Assembly: GCA_035650895.1 (NCBI GenBank)
Contig: DASRGT010000022.1
Span: forward strand, 5,571-69,570
Direction of reading: 5' to 3'
From: Vicinamibacterales bacterium
GTDB taxonomy: Bacteria > Acidobacteriota > Vicinamibacteria > Vicinamibacterales > CAVVIG01
Length of the DNA: 64,000 nucleotides
The translations under genes were made by a program, and so were the position numbers. Of this stretch, positions 8,767 through 17,029 are shown piece after piece. How positions within the stretch are numbered: the stretch's first letter is position 1; each line of letters starts with the position of its first letter. The notes under the pieces were generated by a model. It was not told the DNA's origin and did not search any database. It was given only the letters and a program-made list of their open reading frames with translations.

Positions 8767-9971
8767 GCGTACCTTCGCAGTCCGGCCGCGAGGATCGCGA
8801 GGCTGACCGCTTCGCCGGCCACCGTCGCGCCCGCCGCGCCGACCGGCCCGTAGTGCGGAATGACGTACAGGTTCAGCCCCACGTTGACCGCCAGTCCGAC
8901 GAGGCCGGTCTGCAGCAGCAGCCGTTCGCGATCCACCGAAATGGCGATGGCGTGAAGAATCCAGATCGCGAACACCACCGGCAGCCCGACGACGAGGATG
9001 CGGAACGCGGCGGTCGCGGCGGCATAGTCGGCGCCGAACAGCACGACGAGCAGCGGCGTCGCGATCGCGAAGGCGACCAGCGCAACGGCAGCCCCGAGCG
9101 CCGCCGATCCCGAGACGCCGCGGATGGCGAGCAGTCGATGCTGTCGGCGATCGGTCGTGAACAGCGCCGACAGCCTCGGCGTCAACACCGTCGACAGCGC
9201 GAGCGCGGCATAGGTGAAGCCTTCGTAGATCCGGTAGGCCGCCGCGTACAGGCCTGTCTCCGCGTCCGTGCGCATCGATCCGAGCATCACGCCATCGACG
9301 TACGAGTACAGGTTCAGCACGACGAGAAAGAACCCGAGCGGCAGCGCCGTGCGGTGCAGCTCGCGCCAGACGCCGGCATCGTACGCGAAGCCGACGCCCC
9401 CGAGCCGGGTCTGCGTGACGACGAGCGCCAGCACGAGCGCGGCGCCGCGTGCGATCACGAACGCGATCGCCAGGCCGCGCAGCCCGGTGCCCATCATCAG
9501 CGCCGCGACCCCCACGACGAGGAGCAGAATCCGATCGGCGAGGACGACGATCGCGTCCCAGCCGAAGTGCTCGAGGCCCTGCAGCACGCCGCGGATCGTC
9601 AGCATGTAGGAGCGGAAGACGAGCGACCCGCCGATGAGATAGCACGCGAGCCGCACATCCCACTGCGGGCGCAGCAGGTTCGCCGTCACCACGAGCACCG
9701 CGAGCGCCGCGGTGGCCCACAACAGCTTGATCGCCAGCGCGTGGCGCAGCAGAAACGACGCGCGGGACTTGTCGCGCGCGACCGCGCGGATCGTCACCTG
9801 GTGCAGCCCGAAGTCCATCAGCGTCTCGAACACGCCGCCGAGGAGCAGCGCGAACGAGAACTTGCCGAGCTCGTCGACGCTGCCGAGCATGCGCGCGGCC
9901 GCGATGTAGAGCAGCAGCAGCAGCGCGGCGGTGCCCGCCGAGATCGTCGAGTAGAGGAAGTTGCGGATCAT
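8763..9971 (-). CDS. Wzx-like oligo/polysaccharide flippase (MOP superfamily)
   Basis: Internal ATG at 9971 ('MIRNFLYSTISAG..') overlapping the upstream GT4 stop (ATGA). About 12 TM helices. Typical Wzx/PST-family composition. Confidence 0.8.
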   Translation of the reverse strand: MIRNFLYSTISAGTAALLLLLYIAAARMLGSVDELGKFSFALLLGGVFETLMDFGLHQVTIRAVARDKSRASFLLRHALAIKLLWATAALAVLVVTANLLRPQWDVRLACYLIGGSLVFRSYMLTIRGVLQGLEHFGWDAIVVLADRILLLVVGVAALMMGTGLRGLAIAFVIARGAALVLALVVTQTRLGGVGFAYDAGVWRELHRTALPLGFFLVVLNLYSYVDGVMLGSMRTDAETGLYAAAYRIYEGFTYAALALSTVLTPRLSALFTTDRRQHRLLAIRGVSGSAALGAAVALVAFAIATPLLVVLFGADYAAATAAFRILVVGLPVVFAIWILHAIAISVDRERLLLQTGLVGLAVNVGLNLYVIPHYGPVGAAGATVAGEAVSLAILAAGLRRYA

Positions 9972-11170
9972 CGCGCCGGCGCCGCCAGCCGCTCGACGAG
10001 GGCGGCGTAGCGCTCGAGGAGCGCGTTCGCCTCGAACCGCTCGCGCGCGACGGCGTATCCGGCGCCGGCGATGCGCGCGCGCAGCGCGGGGTCGCCGAGC
10101 ATCCGCTCGATCGCGCGCGCCAGCGAGGCGGCCGATCGCGGCTCGTGCACGACGGCCGTCTGGCCGTCGACGCAGAAATCCCCGAGCCCGCCCACCGCCG
10201 ACGTGACGACCGGCACGCCGCTCGCCATCGCCTCGATGGCCGTGTTGCCGAGCGCCTCGAAGTGCGACGGCTGCACGAAGACGTCCGCCGCCCGGTAGAA
10301 GGGTGCCGGGTCGGGCGTGCTCCCCTCGAAGCGCACCGCGTCGCCCAGTCCGTGCGCCGCGACGTAGGCGCGCGCCGGCGCCCCGGCGTCCCACGCGTGC
10401 CCCGGCATATCGGGACCGACGAGGACGAGCAGGGCGTCGCCCCGATCGGCGATCCGCCATGCCTCGACGAGATCGTTGACGCCTTTCTCGACGCTGAGCC
10501 GCCCGACGAAGAGCACGATCGGCCGCTCCTGCGGCCATCCGAACCGCGCGCGGAGCAGCTCGCGTTCCCCCGGCTCGGGACGGCGGAAGCGCGCGATGTC
10601 GACGCCGTGGGGCAGGTACACCACGCGCTCGCGCGGCACGCCGGCGCGGATCGCTTCGCGCTCCAGATCCCGCCCGATGCAGACGATCGTGTCGGCCTGC
10701 TTGTAAATGGCGCGCACCGGTCCCCGCAGCAGGCGGGCGATCGCCGATTCGCGCGGCAGCCCCGACGTCGACTGCGCGTCGGCGCCCGCCAGCACGCCGG
10801 CGACCTCGCCCTGCGCGACGACCCGCTTGCGCATCAGGCGCGCCAGCGGGATGGCCGCCGCGCCGATCCCGCGGTAGTCGACGCACACCACGACGTCGTA
10901 CCGCGCGCGCGCCCTCACCATGCGCGCGGCGAGCGCCGGCAGCATCAGCCACTTCCCGCTGCCGCGGCGCGCGCCCGGCGGCGCGAGGCGGCGCACCGGC
11001 ACGCCGTCGATCAGCACGCGCTTCTTGTCGGTCGGCTCCACCTGCTTGGTGACGACCTCGACGCCGAAGCCGTGGGCGTGCAGGTATCGCACGAGCTGCC
11101 GCGCGTGCACTTCGACGCCGCCGACGACGGGGTGGTAGTAGGTCGTCACCACCAGCACGTTCGGCTTCAT
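9968..11170 (-). CDS. Glycosyltransferase family 4 (GT-B)
   Basis: 'MKPNVLVVTTYYHPVVGGVEVH', 'FVGRLSVEKG' and the 'PSHFEALGNTAIEAMASGVPVV' EX7E-type motif. The ATG at 11170 overlaps the upstream stop (ATGA). Confidence 0.85.
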   Translation of the reverse strand: MKPNVLVVTTYYHPVVGGVEVHARQLVRYLHAHGFGVEVVTKQVEPTDKKRVLIDGVPVRRLAPPGARRGSGKWLMLPALAARMVRARARYDVVVCVDYRGIGAAAIPLARLMRKRVVAQGEVAGVLAGADAQSTSGLPRESAIARLLRGPVRAIYKQADTIVCIGRDLEREAIRAGVPRERVVYLPHGVDIARFRRPEPGERELLRARFGWPQERPIVLFVGRLSVEKGVNDLVEAWRIADRGDALLVLVGPDMPGHAWDAGAPARAYVAAHGLGDAVRFEGSTPDPAPFYRAADVFVQPSHFEALGNTAIEAMASGVPVVTSAVGGLGDFCVDGQTAVVHEPRSAASLARAIERMLGDPALRARIAGAGYAVARERFEANALLERYAALVERLAAPAR

Positions 11171-12210
11171 CGAAGCACGGTCCGCGTGAGCAGCCGCCAG
11201 TACGCATCGAGCGTCCGCTCGTACGCGGTCTTCGCGCGCCTGAGCCACCCGCTGCCGATCAGATCGTCGCGCGCGACCATCGGCGCGCTGACGAGCAGTT
11301 CGCGATCAGGTCGACGCCGGATCCGCCGCGCCAGCGCCCGGTCGCGCGGCAGCGTCGGCAGCAGCGCGACGAGTCCGCCCAGCGCGCGGGCGTAGGTGAG
11401 CGCGTGCCCCTTGGCGGCCAGCACGGCGAACTGCACCGGTTCGTGGACGAGCAGGGCGGGCGCAATCGCCGCGATCGTGCGCAGCTCGTAATTCTTGAGG
11501 ATGAAATGCCAGCGGTTGCGAATCTGATAGTAGAAGAGCCACGCGCTGCGCGGACGGCTGTTGTGCAGCACGATCGCCTCGGGCAGCTCCCGGATCTTGT
11601 ACCCCGCCATCCTGATGCGATGCGTGAAGTCGCCGTCCTCCTTGCCGATGAAGTACCGCTCGTCGAACAGGCCGACGTCGATCGCCGCCTGCCGGTCGAG
11701 CAGCAGCGCGCAGGTGGGGGCGGCGCCGATGTCGAGCGGCTTCGGTCCACGTTCGTCCAGCGGCCGGTCCAGCCACGGGTTGACCGCCTCGCAGACGAAG
11801 TGCAGCGCCCCGCCCGCGTACTGGATCCGGTCCGGCCGGCCCGCGTGCACGACGATCGGGCTGCCGACCTTGATCGTCGGATCGGCGACCATCGCCGCGT
11901 GCAGCCGCTCGACGACGTCCGGGCGGATGCGGACGTCGGCATCCATCAGCAGCACGAACCGCTGCGTCGCCTCCGTGATGCCGACGTTGCGTCCCGGGCT
12001 CGGGCCGTCGTTTCGATCGAGGCGGCGCACGCGGATCGCCGGATGCGTCCGCGCCAGCCAGTCGGCGGTGCCGTCGCTGCTCGCGACGTCGACGAGGACG
12101 ATGCGGCCGGGCGGGCAGCCCGCGGCGAGCACGGAATCGATGGTCTCGGGAAGCGCGGGCAGGTTGTTGTGCGCGACAATCGCGACCCCGGTGTCCGACG
12201 GCCAGGTCAC
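11167..12210 (-). CDS. Glycosyltransferase family 2
   Basis: 'VAIVAHNN..', 'LVDVASSDGT', and 'LLMDADV' (DxD). GT2 (GT-A fold) pattern with a C-terminal membrane-associated helix region. Confidence 0.85.
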   Translation of the reverse strand: MTWPSDTGVAIVAHNNLPALPETIDSVLAAGCPPGRIVLVDVASSDGTADWLARTHPAIRVRRLDRNDGPSPGRNVGITEATQRFVLLMDADVRIRPDVVERLHAAMVADPTIKVGSPIVVHAGRPDRIQYAGGALHFVCEAVNPWLDRPLDERGPKPLDIGAAPTCALLLDRQAAIDVGLFDERYFIGKEDGDFTHRIRMAGYKIRELPEAIVLHNSRPRSAWLFYYQIRNRWHFILKNYELRTIAAIAPALLVHEPVQFAVLAAKGHALTYARALGGLVALLPTLPRDRALARRIRRRPDRELLVSAPMVARDDLIGSGWLRRAKTAYERTLDAYWRLLTRTVLR

Positions 12211-12232
12211 GGTCGACGGTCCATGGTCACGG

Positions 12233-13270
12233 TCATCTCGCGGCGGACACGAACCAGGCGCGGCCGCGGCCCGGCAGGCAGGTGAGGAACTTGCCGTTCA
12301 GCCGCATCAGGTGGAAGCGATCGCCGTGCGCGCGGACGCCGCGGCGGCGCAGCGGCTGCTCGGCGAAGCAGAGCACGTGGCCCGTCGCGTCGACCGACTC
12401 GCGCGCGATCTCGCCGGCGATCCCCCAGGGCATCGCGACGTGCGCGATCGTCTTGCCGAGGCGTGCGCCCAGGATCGCGCGCGCGTCGGCCAGTTCCGCG
12501 CGGATCGTCGAGCGGCGTTCGGCTTCCGACTCGAAGCGGCCCTGCGTTCCGTTCGCGACGTCGCGGAGTTCGCGCCGCCAGCCGGCGCGGCCGAAGAATT
12601 CCGCGCCGCCGTTCTCCGCGACGTGACGGCGGCACCGATCGGCGGCGGCCTCGTCCGCGTGGAAGCGCAGCGCGTCGGACATCCGCGACCGCCGCGGGTA
12701 GAGCGGCGTGCCGAGCGCGTCGGCTTCGATGGGCCGGTTGAGGAGCGGCTCGCGCGCGAACTGCGGCGACACGAAGTCCACGATCTCCGCACCGCTGAAG
12801 ATCATCGCGTGCGCGCGCGTGTGCGACTGGACGTCGAAGACGCCGCTCGATTCCAGCTCGCGCAGCTGCGCCCAGGTGACGAAGGGCGAGTCGGCGCCCT
12901 CGTCGGCCACGCGCGCCGGGATGGCGAACAGGACGGCGCGCATCCCGAACTGCTTCAGCAGCGGATATGCCACCTCGTACGCGCTCGACCACGCATCGTC
13001 GAAGGTGAGGGCGATGGAGCGCGGCGCGGGCCGGACACCGTCGATGACGAGGCGCGCCATCTCGTCGCAGGCGACGGTCCGGTAGCCGTTCTCGGCCAGA
13101 TAGCGCAGCCGCGGCTCGAGCCAGTCGCGCGTCACCTCGTGGAGGTGGAAGACGGGCAGCTGGTCGCCGACCGATCCGCCGAAGAGGAACGCCGGATAGC
13201 AGCCGGTGGCGAGATCGAGCACACCGCGCACGGGACCGCCTCGTTCGGCGAATGGAGGTCTCGCGGACAT
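12233..13270 (-). CDS. Polysaccharide deacetylase (NodB-homology domain)
   Basis: 'IALTFDDAWSS', 'FAIPA' and 'SHTRAH' motifs. Start placed at the ATG at 13270 ('MSARPPF') because the track start at 13348 would abut the divergent gene's ATG. Confidence 0.75.
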   Translation of the reverse strand: MSARPPFAERGGPVRGVLDLATGCYPAFLFGGSVGDQLPVFHLHEVTRDWLEPRLRYLAENGYRTVACDEMARLVIDGVRPAPRSIALTFDDAWSSAYEVAYPLLKQFGMRAVLFAIPARVADEGADSPFVTWAQLRELESSGVFDVQSHTRAHAMIFSGAEIVDFVSPQFAREPLLNRPIEADALGTPLYPRRSRMSDALRFHADEAAADRCRRHVAENGGAEFFGRAGWRRELRDVANGTQGRFESEAERRSTIRAELADARAILGARLGKTIAHVAMPWGIAGEIARESVDATGHVLCFAEQPLRRRGVRAHGDRFHLMRLNGKFLTCLPGRGRAWFVSAAR

Positions 13271-13348
13271 AGGGGAATCGATGACGAATATTGTAGTCTC
13301 CGCGTTAGAATATGCGCGCGATTGTGTCGCTTTTCTGACGGAGGGCAT

Positions 13349-14542
13349 ATGGCCGTTTCACGCCGCAGGTTCGTAGGGGGCATCGCCGCCGCGCTCGGGT
13401 ACCTGGGCGCCGGGCCCGAGCTGGATCTCGTCGCTCAGCAGGGCGGCGCCGGCGTGCCGGGCCAGCAGCGCGGCCGCGGCCCGCGTGCCGCGGTGGATCT
13501 CTCCAAGATTGCGAAGATCAACAACAACGAGAATCCGTACGGCGTCCCCCCGGTGGTCCGCACGGCCATGGAAGATCCCAAGGCGTGGGAATGGGCCAAC
13601 CGGTACGGCGCGCCAGACGGCGGACTGAACCAGGCGATTCAGGAGCTGCACGGCGTCAGCGCCGAGCACGTCATCCTCGGCTGCGGGTCCGGCGAGCTCC
13701 TCAGCTCCATCACGATCGCGATGTTGATCGCCGATCCGAAGAAGAAGGTGCTCGGCGTCAATCCGACCTACAACGATCCGTACTCCAAGGCGTCGCAGAT
13801 CGGACGCGAGACGATCCGCGTGCCGCTCAACAAGGACTACACGCAGAACATCCCGGCGATCATCGACATCGCGAACAAGCGCGCCGCCGAAATCGGGTTC
13901 ATCTACATCGTCAACCCGAACAACCCGACCGGGATGATCGTGCCGAAGGATCAGATCAAGCAGCTGCTCGACGGCATTCCCGCCGACATGCCGGTGCTGA
14001 TCGACGAGGCGTATCATCACTTCGTCGACAGCCCCGACTACGAATCGTCGATGAAGTACGTCCTCGAGGGACGCCACGTCATCGTCTGCCGGACCTTCTC
14101 GAAGATCGCCGCGCTTGCCGCCATGCGCCTCGGCTACGGCGTCGGCCATCCGGAGCTCATCAAACGCGTGCACACCTTCACGACGGGCAGCCAGTCGATC
14201 ACGGTGAAGTTCGGCGGCGCCGCGTCGCTCAAGGACACGGCCGGACAGGCCAGGACCAAAGCGCTCAACAAGCAGGTCCGCGACGACACGATCGCCAAGC
14301 TGAGGGCGATGGGCTACGAGGTGCTGCCGTCGGAGACCAACTTCTTCATGGTCGGCCTCAAGCGCGAGGTTAGCGAGGTCGCGTCCGAATTCCAGAAGCG
14401 CGACGTGCTCGTCGGCCGGCCGTTCCCGCCGATGACCAAGCATCTGCGCGTGTCGGTCGGAACGCAGGCCGAGATGGACAAGTTCGTGGCCGCGTTCAAG
14501 GAGATCATGGCGACGCCGGCGAAAGCCACCGCCGGCGCGTAA
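13349..14542 (+). CDS. Class I/II PLP-dependent aminotransferase (HisC-like) with an N-terminal twin-arginine (Tat) signal
   Basis: GGAGGG RBS 5 nt upstream of the ATG. 'MAVSRRRFVGGIAAALGYLGAG' is a Tat motif. 'INNNENPYG', 'NPNNPTG' and the 'TFSKIAALAAMRLGY' PLP-Lys motif are present. Only the last 397 codons of track ORF 11561..14542 are real. Confidence 0.8.
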   Translation: MAVSRRRFVGGIAAALGYLGAGPELDLVAQQGGAGVPGQQRGRGPRAAVDLSKIAKINNNENPYGVPPVVRTAMEDPKAWEWANRYGAPDGGLNQAIQELHGVSAEHVILGCGSGELLSSITIAMLIADPKKKVLGVNPTYNDPYSKASQIGRETIRVPLNKDYTQNIPAIIDIANKRAAEIGFIYIVNPNNPTGMIVPKDQIKQLLDGIPADMPVLIDEAYHHFVDSPDYESSMKYVLEGRHVIVCRTFSKIAALAAMRLGYGVGHPELIKRVHTFTTGSQSITVKFGGAASLKDTAGQARTKALNKQVRDDTIAKLRAMGYEVLPSETNFFMVGLKREVSEVASEFQKRDVLVGRPFPPMTKHLRVSVGTQAEMDKFVAAFKEIMATPAKATAGA

Positions 14543-14561
14543 AGGTCGAGAGCGTCGGTCG

Positions 14562-14585
14562 GGGCGGTGACCGCGGTCACCGCCC
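14562..14585. terminator. Perfect 24-nt GC-rich palindrome between convergent genes (candidate bidirectional terminator hairpin)
   Basis: GGGCGGTGACCGCGGTCACCGCCC lies between the stop at 14542 (+) and the stop at 14598 (-). There is no U-tract. Confidence 0.45.
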
Positions 14586-14597
14586 GGCCCGTCCGCG

Positions 14598-15137
14598 TCA
14601 CCGCTTCCGCTGCTGGATCTGCGCGAGGAAGAACTCCTTCAGCCGTTCGTTCGTCAGCCCGAGCTCCGTCGCTTCGTTCAACGCCTTCTCGGTGTCCCAC
14701 CCGTCGACGATGGTCCGTTTCATGAGCCACATCCCGGCGGCCCTTCCACCGCCCGCTCAATGGATGAACGCCGGCTGTACGCCCGGCGCGGTGATCGTCT
14801 TGAGGAAGGTGTCGACCGCCGCCGGATCGGGCGCCGACGCGCTGAACGGGATGTGATAGTACGGGATGCCGGCCGCCTTCGCCGCGGCGACGTTCGCCTC
14901 GATGTCGGCGCCGGGCTCGGTTGCCAGGCGCAGGTTGATGATCGACGCATAACCCATTTTGTGGATTTCCGCGATCGCGGTCGGCGTAATCGCCCCCGCG
15001 CACGCGACGGTCGACTCGACTTTCGCGAAGTTCCTGATCCCCGGCACCTCCTGCCGGACCACCTGCGCCGTCGCCGCGACGGCCATCACGCCGGCCGCGA
15101 CCGCGGCCAGCGCCAGCTGCGACATCTCTGGTTGCAC
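14598..15137 (-). CDS. Periplasmic DUF442/TIGR01244-type (PTP-fold, CX4R) sulfurtransferase/phosphatase-like protein, interrupted by an in-frame TGA (14757..14759) at the catalytic Cys position. It is either a selenocysteine candidate or a recent pseudogene.
   Basis: AAGGAGGT RBS 7 nt upstream of the GTG at 15137. Signal peptide 'VAATAQ|V'. The track ORF stops at '..PAFIH*'. The same frame then continues as 'AGGGRAAGMWLMKRTIVDGWDTEKALNEATELGLTNERLKEFFLAQIQQRKR*', which reconstitutes the family motif H-[C/U]-x-x-G-x-R. Confidence 0.6.
14736..14753 (-). other. Hairpin directly 3' of the in-frame UGA (candidate SECIS-like element)
   Basis: On the mRNA: UGA GCG GGCGG-UGGAAGGG-CCGCC. That is a 5 G-C pair stem and an 8-nt loop with G at loop position 2. 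The flanking CAU..AUG can extend a lower stem. It sits closer to the UGA than in the E. coli fdhF model. Confidence 0.25.
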
Positions 15138-15196
15138 GCCCGCACCTCCTTCGACCGTTACCGTGTCGAACGCGTAGTTATTCTATGATGTGACCC

Positions 15197-17029
15197 GTGT
15201 CCCCGGCGCGAGTCGTCGCCGCGGTGCTGCTGTTCCTTGTGCTCGCCGCGGCACTGTCGGTCGACGTCGTCAAGACGAACCCGAACAAGAGCGACGAAGC
15301 GACCTACGTGATGATGGCGCTGAGCGCCGCGTACGATCACGACCTCGCCTACCAGCGCCGCGATCTCGAACGCTACATGGGCCTGTACCGCTGGGGCCCT
15401 GACGGCATCTTCCTCAAGCGCGGCAAACAGCTGCACCTCCGGGTCGGCGGCGGATTGCCGTTCGTCCACCTGGCCAAGACGCCGGACCGGCAGCCCGATC
15501 GTCTCTTCTTCGGCAAGGCCTTCATCTATTCCGTCGCGGCGGCGCCGTTCGTGCGCCTCTTCGGCCTGAACGGGATGCTGGTCTTCAACGTCCTGCTCGC
15601 ATTCCTCGTCTGTGTCTGCGCCTACAGGTTTCTCGCCGTCCAGTCGGGGCCGCTCGCGTCGCTCGTTTTCGCGCTCGCCTTCGTCGGCGCGACGTGCGTG
15701 CCGGTGTATCTCGTGTTCCTCACGCCGGAGATGTTCCACTTCGCGCTCGTCTTCGTCGCGTACTTCCTCTGGCTGTACAAGGAAGTCCTGCCGGAGGACG
15801 CGCCGTCGTGGTTTCGGCGCGGGTGGACCGACGTCGCGGCCGCCATCCTGCTCGGCATCGTCACCTACTCGAAGCCGACGCATGCGCTGCTCGTCGCGCC
15901 GCCGGTCCTCTGGGCGTTCTGGCGCCGCCGCTTCGCCGTCGGCATCTCGTTCGGCGTCGCGGCGGTCGCGGTCGCCGCAGCGTTGTTCGGCGTCAACGCG
16001 CTGGTGACGGGGGAGTTCAACTACCAGGGCGGCGACCGCCGCGAATGCGTCGCGCGGTTCCCGTTCGACGGCACACCCGATCCCTGGGACTCCGCGCGCT
16101 GCCTCACGATGGCGACCGACGATGCGGACACGCAGAACGTCTTCACCGATTTCCGCAGCCGGCTGGCGCACAACGTCGAATATTTCTTCGTCGGACGGCA
16201 CTTCGGCTTCGTTCCGTATTTCTTTCCCGGAGTCGTCGCGATCCTGCTGTGGCTGGCGTCGGGGGAGCGCGCGCGGCCGTGGCGCGGCCTGACGCTCGCG
16301 GCCGTCGCGGCATCCGCGCTGGCGCTGCTCGTCTTCGCGCCGTTCACGTGGAGCGGCGGCGGCGGACCGTCGGGCAACCGCTACTTCATGAGCCTCTACG
16401 CGCCGCTGTTCTTCCTGACGCCGCCGCTCTCGTCCACGCTCCCGGGCCTCGTGGCCTGGCTCGGCGGGGCGCTGTTCACGGCGAAGATGCTGACCGATCC
16501 GTTCGGCGCGGCGAAGCACCCCAACGACATCACCGCGAAGGGATTCGCACGGCGGCTGCCGGTCGAGATCACGATGGCCAACGACCTCCCGATCATGCTC
16601 GAAGGGCCGCGCGCGCACTCCTGGTTCCACGACGTGCTGCTGTACTTCCTCGACGAGCACGCCTACAATCCGGATCCGCCCGACCCGCAGGGCGACACCT
16701 GGCTGTGGATCGCCGGCGATGGCCGCGCCGACATCCTGATGCGCTGCGAGTGGCCGATCGATCACCTGACGATCACCGCGGATTCGCCGATCGCCACCAC
16801 CTTCGTCGTTTCCGCGGGCGCAGAGCAGGCGACCATCCCGATCCCGCGCGGACGGCCGGTCACCTTCGACGTGCCCGCGTCGGGCGTGCGCGACTATCGC
16901 AGCTGGGCGTACCTCCTGACGGCGCGATCCACCGAAGGGTTCACGCCGCGGCTGCTCGATCCCGAATCGACCGACGCCCGCAACCTCGGCGTCCGGATCA
17001 AGTTCACCGCCGTGCCGCGCACGCCATGA
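15197..17029 (+). CDS. Polytopic membrane protein, putative GT-C glycosyltransferase (ArnT/PMT-like)
   Basis: GTG start. N-terminal TM helix followed by an acidic loop 'KSDEATYVMMALS' (a DE motif as in GT39/GT83). Multiple TM helices. About 200-aa C-terminal soluble domain. Confidence 0.7.
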   Translation: MSPARVVAAVLLFLVLAAALSVDVVKTNPNKSDEATYVMMALSAAYDHDLAYQRRDLERYMGLYRWGPDGIFLKRGKQLHLRVGGGLPFVHLAKTPDRQPDRLFFGKAFIYSVAAAPFVRLFGLNGMLVFNVLLAFLVCVCAYRFLAVQSGPLASLVFALAFVGATCVPVYLVFLTPEMFHFALVFVAYFLWLYKEVLPEDAPSWFRRGWTDVAAAILLGIVTYSKPTHALLVAPPVLWAFWRRRFAVGISFGVAAVAVAAALFGVNALVTGEFNYQGGDRRECVARFPFDGTPDPWDSARCLTMATDDADTQNVFTDFRSRLAHNVEYFFVGRHFGFVPYFFPGVVAILLWLASGERARPWRGLTLAAVAASALALLVFAPFTWSGGGGPSGNRYFMSLYAPLFFLTPPLSSTLPGLVAWLGGALFTAKMLTDPFGAAKHPNDITAKGFARRLPVEITMANDLPIMLEGPRAHSWFHDVLLYFLDEHAYNPDPPDPQGDTWLWIAGDGRADILMRCEWPIDHLTITADSPIATTFVVSAGAEQATIPIPRGRPVTFDVPASGVRDYRSWAYLLTARSTEGFTPRLLDPESTDARNLGVRIKFTAVPRTP

